Of a stretch of 64,000 nt of DNA, positions 1 through 13,033 are shown piece after piece; positions within the stretch are counted from its first letter, which is position 1, and each line of letters starts with the position of its first letter. The translations under genes were made by a program, and so were the position numbers. This stretch comes from the human T2T-CHM13v2.0 reference genome, Homo sapiens, in the NCBI RefSeq assembly GCF_009914755.1, contig NC_060941.1; one strand, written 5' to 3'. A model generated the notes under the pieces. It worked only from the letters and a program-made list of their open reading frames with translations. It searched no databases and was not told the DNA's origin.

Positions 1-1611
1 TTTCTCAAAACAACATGCAAAGTAAGGCAATAGTGGAACAACATTTTCAGGACATGAAAGGAAAGAAAGAAAGTATACAAAAATGTTTTATATAGCCAAC
101 CTGACTTTAAAATATCAAGGCCATAGAAAACAGTTTGTGATATACCAGTACTAAGGGAATATTTCACACATGATATTCCTGAAGACCTTCAGATAGGATG
201 AGTTTTATCCAACTAAAAAATGCCTAAAATAACTTTGGAAAATGTTCCCAAATGGTGAGAACTTCATATATTTTATTGTACAGGTGAGACTAAAATGAGT
301 CAGTGCATGGATGAAAAAAATAGCATGAACATTACATGTGTTAACAAAAGTCAAAAGATGCAAATTTTTTAATGGGAGGATAAGAAAGAAAAAAGAGGAA
401 AACAGAATACATCATTTTGTTATATAAGCAAAGCGTAGCAGTCAATAAATATTTAAAACTGATATCAGATAAAAATTAGGTAAAAATAGAGGAGATAGCA
501 AGCACTTAAAAAGTAATAATGGAAAGGTAACCTATAGAATGAAAATACAAACCTTCATAAACACCAAAAAGAATTTTTTAAGTAAAAAGGACACACAAAG
601 AAATGAGTAAATATACACAATAATTTCAACATAAGAAAATTTTATAGAACTGCAACCAAACATAATGGTTATCTTAATTAACATGAATAAGATCAACTCA
701 CCTATTTTTTAAAAAGTTTTTCAAAAAATATAGTTTGCCAAAACTGACCGGAGTAAAGATAGAAAGCCTAAAAGGCCATTTTCTGTAGAAGAGATAAAGT
801 AAGTTATCAAGAAACTATTCTAGATAAAAGGACCAGGGAAGATGGTTTCACAGAGAAATTTAACCAAACCTTTGACAGTCTCAAAACTATATAAATTGTT
901 TCAGGGTATAAAAAATGAAAGAAATTTTCCAAATTCTTTTCATGAAGCAAGTATAGCGTTGATGTATAAACTTAATAAAAATGGCACAAAAAAGAAGATA
1001 CAGTTAGACTAGAAAAGCAATTAGAGGCATATGACTTGGAAAAGAAAAAATAAAACTGTCTTTTTTTGCAGATGATATGGTAGTAATCTGGAATACCCTA
1101 GAGAGTGATAAAAGTAACTCAGTAAGTTGATAAGCTAGCAAGATATAAAATTAAGATGCAAAACTAAATTGCATCCATATACACAAATAATAACCAGTTA
1201 GAAGTTTTAATAGTTAAAGAGAAACCAAAATTATATAGAAAAATAGGCAAAAGACCTGAACAGATAATTCATCAAAAAAGCTATAAAAATGTCCATTAAA
1301 CAAATGAAAAGATACTCAATCTCTTTCTCTCATAATAAAAGAAATGCCAGTTAAATCTATACTACCATAGAACTTCTAGCTTCTAAAATCATTAAGTCAA
1401 ACCGTCTAAAGAATGATGACATTCATTGGGGGATGACGGAGGACATCCCCCAATAAAAAATAACTCCAGAACCTAAACATTTAATAATAAGCAACTACCA
1501 AAGGAATTGGAGAATGAACATCATCAGACAAATTGCTCCTCCTGGAAGAGAAGCAGAATATTAACATGTACCTAGAAGTAAGAAGTAAAAATTACATGAA
1601 ATGGTATTCTT

Positions 1612-1910
<299 letters not shown>

Positions 1911-2554
1911 TGAAATGGTATTCTTAGAGAGGTGTCACTCCTTTCTGTATCTTTTATGAACAAGGAAAATTGAAAATACACCTGCCTATTTTTGTAAAAG
2001 AAATCAAAGGAGGGATAAACTACACAGCAATGAAATTGATTACCTACAACATGGGTAGATATGCATGTTAAGATACAGGAAAGAGTGACACTTCTCTAAG
2101 AATACCTTTTCATGTAATATTTACTTTTGTGTACATGTTAATATTCTACTCATTCGAAAAATATATTAAAAATTAAGATGGAAAGGGAAAAATAAACCTA
2201 AAACTGCAAGTGTACTGAAGAAAATGAATCTAATTGTATTTCAAATGAATACCATAATTATGGTAAGGAAAAAAAACAAAGATAGAACCAATTCAAGCAA
2301 CTAGTGAATGCAGTATTTGTGTTCAGTGTTTTGTCAGGATGGAATTGAGTTGGGAAGGAATTTCATACAAGTCCTAAACCTTTTTTTGTTTTGTTTTGTT
2401 TTGTTTTATTGTTTTAGTGGTGGGGCAAAGCAGTTCTGAAACAATTTTAGATGCTTTATAGGTCTGAGCAAATGTGTTCATTGTTGTTGAGAAGCAGAAT
2501 CTCAATGAAAAAGAAAAGATAAAATAGAATGAATGAAGTCAAGAAAGGACCCTG

Positions 2555-2717
2555 AGTTGGGTGTGATGGTATGCATCTATAGTTCCAGCCACTTGGGAGG
2601 CTGAAGTGGGAGGATGGCTTGAGGCCACAGTGTGCTATTATGGTGCCTGTGACTAGCCACTGTATTCCAGCCTGGGCAACATAGTGACACCTTGTCTCTT
2701 AAAAGGAAAAAGAAAGA
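2555..2717 (+). mobile_element. Fossil Alu monomer (FAM-like, 7SL-derived)
   Basis: Single monomer retaining the 7SL/FAM-type cctgtga(c)tagccactg segment that dimeric Alus lack; degenerate TSD aagaaaggaccctg (2541-2554) / aggaaagaaccctg (2718-2731). Confidence 0.8.
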
Positions 2718-2844
2718 AGGAAAGAACCCTGCGGGATGGGCTTGAATTGGATGTATCATTGTGAATACATCATTTCTTTTATATATATGTGCATATGAAC
2801 ATGTATGTACACATGTGTATTATATATATGCGTGTGTATATATA

Positions 2845-2994
2845 CAGATGTTCCTCAACACAATGGGGCTATGTCCTGATACACCCAATCCAAGTTTAAA
2901 ATATCAAGTAGAAAATGTGTTTAATACCCCAGTAAGCCTATTATAAAGTCAAAAAAAACATTAAGTCAAACCATCATAAGTCAGGGACTACCTG
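2845..2994. mobile_element. Tigger-family MITE (MER47/Tigger5-like)
   Basis: TA|cagatgttcctcaac ... tcagggactacctg|TA; imperfect TIRs and TA target duplication. Confidence 0.7.
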
Positions 2995-3829
2995 TATATG
3001 TATATTTTCCCTAGCTCTGTCAACTTAAAGGGCTAAGAAACAGACACCCTAATAACAGTGAGCACATTACTATATCTAAGTGTCCAGATACCACTCCCCA
3101 CTAGAAGAAAGCCAGGCTACTCAGAGAAATGACAAATTTCAGAAATGAGGAAGGGTAAGTAAAATATAAGCCTGGAATATCTTAATATGCCAGAAAATAA
3201 GGACGTGCTCAAAATGACAGGGGCATATCACAGGAACTAGCTTGAAGGGGCTTCCACTGGCCAAATATGGAAGAACTTGAGTACCAAAATAATTTAGTAC
3301 AGTAATGTATTGCAGACTATAGAAGAAATCGTAATTCACGGTATCATTCGTAAATTGATTAATTAATTAATAGGGAGAAAGGAGTACTTTTGCCTATAGT
3401 AGGATGTTGAATACTGACTGGTAATTGCAGAGAAGCTGCTAGATTTGGAAATCAGTATTTTATATCTATTTTAATAAAGACTTGATCAGGCACAAATCAT
3501 TCAATGCTAAATTTAGGGAAAAATTTTGATGAAGAGCAGAATATTTACATGGTTTTAAAGTATCTCTCTACAAACTGCTTATTAATTGCAAGGGGGTAAA
3601 ATAGCAGTTATACAGTGGAGAAATCAGAAAACACCTTGACTAAATGTTGCTAAATGTGCTAAATGTTGATATCACCAATGAAGAACATTTGGGCATTGTG
3701 TGACTCCAAATATGATGCCCAAAAAATGACTACAACATCACCTGTGTAATTTTCTGGGCGAGAATGTGTAACCTGAATCTAACCATGAAGAGATGTCAGG
3801 CAAGCTCAAAATGAGAGAAAGTTTTGTTT

Positions 3830-3858
3830 AAAAAAAAAAAAAAAAAAAAAGACGTGTA

Positions 3859-3896
<38 letters not shown>
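3830..3896. repeat. poly(A) run followed by (GT)n microsatellite
   Basis: A run at 3830-3850; (GT)n at 3863-3896. Confidence 0.95.
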
Positions 3897-3900
<4 letters not shown>

Positions 3901-4142
3901 TGTATTCTTTAGAAATGTCAATGCTATTTTCTTAAAAAAAAAAAGGTAATAAAAGTTTACAGGTTAAAAGATGCTAAAGAGACGTGAAAACTAAATACAG
4001 CATCTGACTCCAGACTGGATCCTCTACCGGAATGGGAAAAATGCTATAAAGGATATTATTGGGTCAGTTGACAAAATTGGAATACAGATGGTAGATTAAA
4101 GCATTGAATTGATGTTAAAATTCCTAAATTTGTTAACTGTAC

Positions 4143-4220
4143 TGTGGTTATATAAAAGAATATCCTTATTCTTAGGAAATATGTGGTTATATAAGAAAAT
4201 ATCCTTATTCATAGGAAATA
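4143..4220. repeat. 39-bp tandem duplication (2 copies)
   Basis: tgtggttatataaaagaatatccttattcttaggaaata followed by tgtggttatataagaaaatatccttattcataggaaata. Confidence 0.9.
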
Positions 4221-5076
4221 TTGGAGTTTTTAGGGATAAAGGACCATGATATATATAACTTACCCTCAGATGGTTAAAAAAGTGCATGTATATTTATATA
4301 TACATGTGTGTTATTTATACACATATATGTAATTGCATTGTGTATAAATATTACATATATGAATAAATATGTGAGCGAGATTGAGAACATGCAAAATCTC
4401 AGCCACAACCACTTACTATCAGTGGCTTACAAGAATATATTGTTTCTCACTCATGAACATGTTGGCAAAAGGATGAACCTGGGGAATTAGGTAAATCTGG
4501 GTAAAGGATATGAGGATATTCTTTATACTATTCTTGCAGCTCAACTGAATATTTGAAATTATTTCCAAAGTCAAGTTTTTTTAAAGTCCTCTATTTTCGG
4601 GCCAATTTTCGGACCCTCATTTTATTAAATATTTTTGTACTTTAATTGATATGACTTTTTAGTGCTTTTCATTCTGTATCTTTTATACCTCCATGAGTTT
4701 ATATGGCCAGATCTTTTTACATTTTAGCGTTTGCATCCTGAAAATGGACATTTACAAATCTTTCTTGTTAGTTTTTATATGTAGGATAAATTAGGGGATT
4801 TTTCTCCTAACTTTACATTTTTCTTTTCTCCTAAAGGCTTGGAATATATAAACTTTAGAATATCAGCCATGATTGATAAAATAATAATTGTATTAAAGGC
4901 TGATGTAAGATGTGAATCTAAGGAAAAATAGCAGTTTTTTTCTTTTTCTAGCAGTACCTACTTTTTCCACATGAGGCCCTCCTGTATTTATTTCTGTGAA
5001 AGGATTAGTTTCTGTTATTAAGAAAGGTCATGTCTGCATGAATAAGTAATCTAAGGCTAATTTGTATTAGAATTTA

Positions 5077-5452
<376 letters not shown>

Positions 5453-5479
5453 CACAGTGAATTGGCCTAAGGATAAGTG

Positions 5480-5700
5480 CAGTAGATAATGGGGTTTGGA
5501 GTTATACCTTTGGTTTATACCCTGACCCTGCTCCTTGCTAGCTTTTGACCTTTGTCAAACTACTTCACCTTTATGGGTCTCAGCTTCCTCATCTGCAAAA
5601 TGGGTTTGATAATGGGATCCTTCACAATAACATTAGAGGTATTAAGATAATACACATAGATGATAATGTGTATAGCACATACCACTCAACAAATATTACA
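5480..5700 (+). mobile_element. MIR
   Basis: MIR core ctcagcttcctcatctgcaaaatggg... Confidence 0.7.
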
Positions 5701-6249
5701 AATAATAGAAGAAAAAATATTAAGAGGTGGAAATGATTTGTATTAACTATTTAATAAAGAGGAGGAAAATGTAATTTTAACTGAGGGCATAAGGGGACTT
5801 TTCATAGATAAGGTGGCACGTGAGCTGACCCAGACACAGAAAGGCAGAGCATTTCAGGCTGAGAAAACAGCATGAAAATCATGGCATAAAAGGGGAAATT
5901 TGCTTGTGTTTGTGGTCAAAATAAACCTTTTCTATGCTAACTTTAAGTTATTTGTTAATATATTTCTGTCTTCATGTCTGAAAAAGTGTTAATAATACCT
6001 ACCTTACAATTTTTTCATAGGACTTGAGAATTTAAGAGCCTAAACCTGTCAGGAATCTAATTTTGAATACTAGTTTTGACATGTATTCTTTTATCAACAT
6101 CACTATCAAAGGCCCAGGAACATAAGGGAAACACGGAAAGATGAAGCTGTTAGGAAATGACATTTGGGTGGGTGTGTTGGGGCCTACACATATAAGCAGT
6201 TGAATACCAGCCTAAGATCTTAGAGGACTGCCATTTAAAATATTTGACA

Positions 6250-6945
6250 AGGAGAGAAAAATGAACAACTGTCTCCACGTATAATCTGACCCCACTCTTT
6301 CTTTCATACTCCATAACCAACTTGTTGGGCCTACTTTTTAGAAATCACAGAATTTTGCCACTTTTCACCACTTCCATCAGTGGTCTAAGCCGCCATCAGG
6401 TCCCACCTGTGTTGCTATTATAGCTTCCTACCAGATCACGCTACTTTTACCCTGCCTCACTCCCATACTGTCTAATCTGAACAAAGCAGCCAGAAATATT
6501 GTTTTAAAACTGCACTTAGAACTCTCCAGGACTTTCCATCTCAGTCAAAGTAAGGCAGAAATGCTGCAAGTAGAAACCTCCAAGTAACTGTTAAAGCCTA
6601 TGAGGGCCTACATGACCTGCTGTCCTTTCCCCATCCTAACACTCCTTTTAAAGTACCTCAGCTCTTTCCACACTTCTCCCCTCCACCCCTTTACTCATTC
6701 TCCAGCTCATCTGGTCTCTTTGCACCATCTTTCCTCTGACCCTTACTGTGTGTGGAGGAGTTTCTTTTAGTATAACTATTACTATCTTACATCTTAAATA
6801 ATTTACTTATGTTTTGCTCTTTATCTGTGTCCCCCAACTGGAGGGTAAGCTTCATGAAGACAGCTATCTTGGATTTGTTCTCTGATTTATCTTACAACAA
6901 TAGCTGTTATTAGGTACTCAAACATTTGGTGAATGGATAAAGGGA
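6250..6945 (+). mobile_element. L2 3' fragment
   Basis: L2-type 3' end (gtaagcttcatgaagacag ... taggtactcaaacatttggtgaatggat). Confidence 0.6.
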
Positions 6946-7568
6946 TAAATGGAGGATATACTTTAAGGTTAAACTGACAGCAAGTTGGGAAGTAACCGAA
7001 GATCAGATAAAAGGCTGTTGTAATAGTCTAGAACAGCAATGTCCCTTAGAAATATAATGAAAGCCACAATATATTGCTATATTTTCTAAGAGCTACATTT
7101 TTAAAAAAGGAAAAAGAAACAGGTAACGTTAATTTTAATATATTTTATTTAGTTGGATTTATCTAAAATATTACTTTAGCATGCAGTAATATTTTTAAAA
7201 TTCATTATGAGATATTTTTACTTTTTTATACTGTATCTTTGAAATCTAGTGTTTTTAAAATTTAGAGCACATCTCAATTTTTACACTGAATTTTCATTGG
7301 AAATACTGGATCTGTGCTTAGATTTAATAAAATTTACAGTTGAAAAAGTAAATTCACATACTCAAATTGTTCCAAACTTATTTTAAAAGTTTCTAATGAC
7401 TGAATTGAATACCAAAAATCTTTTTCTTTTAATGTTTACATCCACACTAACAAAACTATTTTATTTTCTAAGAAGAATTTGTTTTTAAGCAAGATCTTTT
7501 CAAAGCTACATCTGTTAAGTACCGTCACTAATTCTTGTCAGCTCAGTATTATTAGCATAAAATTCAAG

Positions 7569-7794
7569 CCTGTGAGATGGAGGCTGCAGTGAATTATGAT
7601 CATGCCGCTGCACTCCAGCCTGGGCAACAGAGGAAGAACCTGTCTCAAAAACAAACAAAAAAACTGGCCAAGCCCAGTGGCTAATGCCTGTAATCTCAAA
7701 ACTTTGGGAGATCTGCCAAGGCAGGCAGATCGCTTGAGCCCAGCAGTTCCATTCCAGCCTGGGCAGCATGGAGAACCCCCGACTCTACAAAAAA
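7569..7794 (+). mobile_element. AluJ-type composite: right-arm 3' half + A-tail + left arm (permuted order)
   Basis: Right-arm sequence 7569-7665 is followed by a left arm 7666-7794; flanked by a 19-bp direct repeat at 7550-7568 and 7795-7813. Confidence 0.85.
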
Positions 7795-8476
7795 TATTAG
7801 CATCAAATTCAAGGAGTATTACAAATAACAAAAGCAACTCTAAATTTAGCAGTATGAAGAAAGCATACTTCAAAATTTTTTCAGTTTTCATAGCCAATTT
7901 ATGTAACACTATCAATAATTAAGATCTGCATATTAGCTTATAGTAGAAAAATAGGTAAAGTCATTATTTTTTATTTATATTATGAAAAAGTTCAATTTCA
8001 CTATAAACTCTTATACTTATCTAGCTTCATAAACTTTCCTTTTCCTTGTAGTTTGTAGTTTAACTCATTTACATGCACTGATATTAGTGAGAAAATGTAA
8101 ATCACACTGCCATTTTCTTTTGTCTGGTTACTGAATAATAGATGCACCTTCCTTTTGTTTAAGAAAACCTTTAATTGGAGTTAAAAGTACAGAAAATCTT
8201 CGTAAATCTCTTTCATAACTCAGCCAAGAAGTATTGGCAAATAACATAGCATCAGAAAATGTATTGTCCTCCTTTTTTCTTTTAACAGTTTTATAAACTA
8301 CTGATGACTCAATTTACGTGCGTATACTAAACAGTGTTAGCAACTGTATCTATGATGCTTTTCATAAAATCAGCTTGAGAAAACTAAGCACAAATATTTT
8401 CAATATGTATCATACAGTGGAATAAAACAATAAAGCAGCCTCTTTCTTCTTTGAAAATGTCAATACATTCAAATTT

Positions 8477-9344
8477 GGTTGTTGTTGTTGTTTCTAATTT
8501 TACTTTGAGTTCTGGGATACATGTGCAGAACGTGCAGGTTTATTACATAGGTATACATATCCCATGGTGGTTTGCTGCACCTATCAACCCGACATCTAGG
8601 TTTTAAGCCTTGCATGCAGTAGGTATTATCTTTATGCTCTCCCTCCCCTTGCTCCACCGCCCGACAGGCCCCAGTGTGTGATGTTCCCCTCCCTGTGTAC
8701 ATGTGTTCTCATTGTTCAACTCTCACTTAAGAGTGAGAATATGCAGTATTTGGTTTTCTGTTCCTGTGTTAGTTTGCTGAGAATGATGGTTTCCAGCTTC
8801 ATCCATGTATCTGCAAAGGACATGAAGTCTTTTCTTTTTTATGGCTGCATAGAATTCCATGATGTATATATGCCACATTTTCTTCATCCAGTCTATCATT
8901 GATGGGCATTTGGGTTGGTTCCAAGTCTTTGCCATTGTGAACAGTGCCACAATAAACGTACTTGTGCATGTGTCTTTATAGTAGAATGATTTATAATCCT
9001 TTGGGTATATACCCAGTAAGAGGATTGCTGGGTCAAATGGTATTTCTGGTTCTAGATCCTTGAGGAATCGCCACACTGTCTTCCACAATGGTTGAACTAA
9101 TTTACACTCCCACCAACAGCGTAAAAGCATTCCTATTTCTCTACATCCTCTCCAGCATCTGTGTTTCCTGACTTTTTCATGATCGCCATTCTAACTGGCA
9201 TGAGATGGTATCTCATTGTGGTTTTGATTTGCGTTTCTCTGATGACCAGTGATGATGAGCTTTTTTCATATGTTTCTTGGCCGCATAAATGCCTTCTTTT
9301 GAGAAGTGTCTGTTCATATCCTTCACCCACTTTTTGATGGGGTT
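8477..9344 (-). mobile_element. 5'-truncated L1 (L1PA8-like)
   Basis: ORF2 C-terminus ([13 protein letters not shown]) and 3' UTR; 15-bp TSD aatacatt(c/t)aaattt at 8462-8476 and 9345-9359. Confidence 0.92.
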
Positions 9345-10569
9345 AATACATTTAAATTTTCGATGCAACATAGCTGGAGCACCATTTATCATGATGAAAA
9401 CTTGTTTTTTATTATCTACCTGAAACTTTTTTGACAGATGTAAAAGGGTTAAAAATATCTACACTGCAAGTTTGATTTTTTTAGGCTGCAAATCAACATT
9501 TTATCATAAGTTTGGACACCCTTTGAGGCAGTACATGCCTGAAGGATGAATTTGGTAGTGTCTCTTGCATGATATGGCCCACTGAAAGCTATTTTAATCA
9601 ATTGATCGTTGATATTCTTAGAAAGTTCTTATAGTCGATGGGCATTTGTTTTATTACTTAATTGAATATCCTCCATTTTTTATGAAATACGTTTCCCAGT
9701 ATTTTTATCATAACTGAAATTACTATCTCAATCTAAAAATGGTTTTCTTTTTTGTGCAAAAATTCTAGCCATTTTATAGTTACAAATGTTGGACATTTAC
9801 TTCTGGTGACTAATTTTATTTATTTATTTTTTTAACTGCTAATACGAAACTTCTTATCAAATTCACCATTAATTTGCAAAAATGGCTATTAATATTGCTC
9901 ACTTTATATATATTTCAAAATTTTCTTCTACAGTAAACACACTTTTTGCAAATTGCAATTGCATTGTTCCAGTAATATTACTAGCTAATTTATCTCCATT
10001 TTATTCTGCATCAGTAGTATGTCTTCACTTTACATTTAATTTAAATTTAATTTTGTCCATACTTATTTTATGGACAAATTTTTACTAAATACAAAAAATA
10101 AATATAGCCTAATAAAAATAAGTATTTTAATTTAATTACTAATATGATTTACCTAGGTATCATTGTAACTCAGGCTGATTGCATAAAATATTCAGATAAG
10201 CCTACTGTGTGTACATATTGGTGTGTAAAAAAGGATTTATAATTAATTAATTTTTTGACACTGGCCACATCAGTTACGTGTTTATGTATACTACTCAACT
10301 GACTCATGTGCCTGACACAGACATTACAGTTCAACAATAATATCTTAAATGATGCAGTGATTACAGTGAGTTAGAGTTCTACCAAAACAGTAAAGTCTTG
10401 TTTTGTGAAAAAATAGTTTACATTTCTTGAGTTTTTAAACTTAAATACAAAATAATTATAATTAAATTAAAAATTTGGTTCCTCAGTCAACTAGCTATAT
10501 TTCAGGTGCTCAGTAGCCACATATAAGTAGTGGCTACTGTGATTGGACAATGCTGATCTAGAACTCTAC

Positions 10570-10730
10570 ATCCTTTCTACTCAGAGTGGTCAGCAACAGG
10601 AGAAATATCAGCAATCAGGAACTTAGAAATGCAGTCTTAGGTCTCATCCCAGATCTATAGAATCAGAATCTACACTTAACAAGTCTTCAGGTGATTTGTT
10701 TACACCTTAAAATTTGAGAAGCTCTTGTCC
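10570..10730. mobile_element. MER5-like hAT MITE
   Basis: ttagaaatgcag...agaatcagaatctacac ttaacaag...caggtgatt...aaatttgagaagc signature. Confidence 0.6.
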
Positions 10731-12479
10731 AGAAAATAGGCAATGGAGGATTTAACTGGGTAATCATAATAGTAATATACCAAAAAGGTCTATGCAGAAG
10801 ACACCATGAGGATAAAGTCCACCAGATTTAACAGTCATAAAATGTGCAGTAATAAGGAGAAACAACAGTCAAGTCTTTGTAGTTTAGTGACTGAGAGGCT
10901 GTAATGATGCAATCAACAAAATAAGATAAATGAGATTGAGGGTAAAGATGTGTGGATTCAGAGTAGTACTTAGTATATAGTTTCCAGTTTAAACAAAAAT
11001 AATTAAAAATACATGTATACATCTGTGTATACAAACCCACATGCATACATACTGAAACACCATTCATTTCATTAACACCGTAAAAAAACGTAGACTACCC
11101 AAAATCAACCCTGAAAGTGTCCAATTTTAAAATATGTTGACCATGGATACTATTCAGCTTTTCTTATGTACATAGAATGATATTATTTTGTTAAGAGGAT
11201 TTTGATGATACAGACCTATTGTTAATGAAAGAGTTCCTATGCTTTAGTGAAAATACCTTTCCATTTTTCCAAAGATTGATTTCTTTTTTCACAATAAATG
11301 AGTCTTTAAAAATTATAAATACAGAGTATGTATAACTCTTCTCTTAAAAATTTTTAAAAACTAGAAATTTAAATGGTGTGAAATTTGGCAGTTTCTTTCC
11401 TTTGATATCCTTTTGAAGATCTTGACACCAAGTTACTACAGTACTAATGATCATCCCATGTAAATTCCTTAAGCACATAGATAACCTAATTATTAAAACA
11501 AGCTGTGAAGGGCTCATTTTTCACTGGAAGGATCACCTTCATTGTTTTATTCAATCAGGGATAGCTACCAGAATACCTACTCACTGTTTTGAAAAGAATT
11601 GGCTGTACTGTTCTCTAAAACTCAAGTATTTTTATGAGTTTTTGTGTCTTACAGAATAACCGAGCTTAAGTTTAAAATCATGAGCACAATTTCCCATGAA
11701 ATTGTTGTTATTTTTTCTTCAAGTTCTAACAACTTTTCACAGGCATGGGCCACTCTTAGCGACTTCCTTTGATCAACAGCTTTCTAAAGCCTACTCTCAC
11801 ACTTAAGTTGTTTTTAAAGTTTCTTTCAGCATAGTATTATGACCTAAGGCAGCAATGAATTGGTGAACAGTCCAAAGCCAAAATATTTAGCTTGTCTGAA
11901 CCAGTCTTTGCCCTAAAGAAACATGGGATATTAAGCATTTGGCAAATTCTCTGGGTTCAGATAAGCCCACTTGTAGTTGGCCTCACCTGTGTAAAGGTTG
12001 AGTTCAGTTCTTGAGAAGAGCATGAAGTCCTGAGGCAGAAATATAAGGTCAAATCAACACAGGATTCTCTGTGGACAATTGAGGTTGAACATGAATCAAG
12101 TAACAGCTAGTGCAGCTGACATGTGAGCTATCTTAGTTTTCAGATGAAGCAACAAAGGAAACCAAGAACAAATTAAATGTGTCTTTAAAAGAAACAACAA
12201 TAATAAGTGATTCCTAAAGTACTTTTCACATTTTCACACTTTTAAAGATTGTGTTTCTTGTGTATTCATTTAAAAAGCAGCAAAGCCTCTAATTTTCAGA
12301 ATTGATGTGATTTCTCTTATTTTTCTTTAGTGATTAAATTTTTACTAGTTTTTCAGTATAGCACTAGTAGGTGTTTTAAGATGCTATCTCATCTTCAGAG
12401 GGAAAAAGAAGAAAAATACATATATTTGTCAGTCTTTTCTGTTCTAAAAGCATGCTGTAGTAAAATGTTCCTGTTTCCA

Positions 12480-12905
12480 TTTCAGATAGTCACTGTGGCC
12501 TCAGAATGCCAGCTTTTATTTTCTACCAAAAACCCTCTTTACTCAGATCCCTCATGCTATTCTTTTATTGCCACAGCCACATCCTACCTGCTCCCCTAAC
12601 ACCTGGCAAACACTAATCTGTTCTATATCTCCATAATGTTGTCATTTCAAGAATATTGTATAAATGGAATCATACAGTATGTCATCTTTTGGGATTGGTT
12701 CTTTTTACTCAGCAATAATTCCCTTGGGATTCGTCTAGATTCTTGTGTGTATCTGTAGGTTGTTCCTTCTTATTGATGAGTGCATTTAAAACTGGTTAAA
12801 TCTAAATAAAGTTGTGGGTTGTATCCATGTCAGTTTCCTAGTTGTGATAGTCTATTACAGTCATTCAAGATGAAACTACTGGGGGAGGTTGGATAAAGAG
12901 TGCAT
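12480..12905. mobile_element. Ancient L1 (L1MC/MD-type) 3' fragments
   Basis: cactaatctgttct...aatggaatcatacagtatg motif (minus strand) followed by a plus-oriented 3' fragment. Confidence 0.55.
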
Positions 12906-12914
12906 TCTCCTATA

Positions 12915-13022
12915 CATGCCTGTAATCCCAGCACTTTAGGAGGCCAAAGTGGGAGGATTGCTTCAGACCAAGAGGTCAAAATCAGCCTGGGCAACCAATC
13001 ATGACTCCATCTCTACAATTAT
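12915..13022 (+). mobile_element. Alu left monomer (FLAM-like)
   Basis: catgcctgtaatcccagcacttt...cagcctgggcaac; no right arm. Confidence 0.8.
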
Positions 13023-13033
13023 CTTAAAAGGCT

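Larger units (their letters stand above)
7034..10555 (-). mobile_element. Near full-length hAT DNA transposon (Charlie5 / MER33-ended) with decayed transposase, interrupted by an Alu composite and an L1
   Basis: TIRs cagcaatgtcc / ggacaatgctg; 8-bp TSD gtctagaa (7026-7033) / atctagaa (10556-10563), fitting the Charlie NTCTAGAN target. Minus-strand remnants NGAPAM (~9369-9386), FHCMIHIENICA (~8387-8422) and SWLS (~8217-8230). Confidence 0.85.

Noticed and set aside
10511-10539. 10-bp stem-loop cagtagccac...gtggctactg
   Set aside because: A normal subterminal palindrome of MER33/Charlie5 ends.
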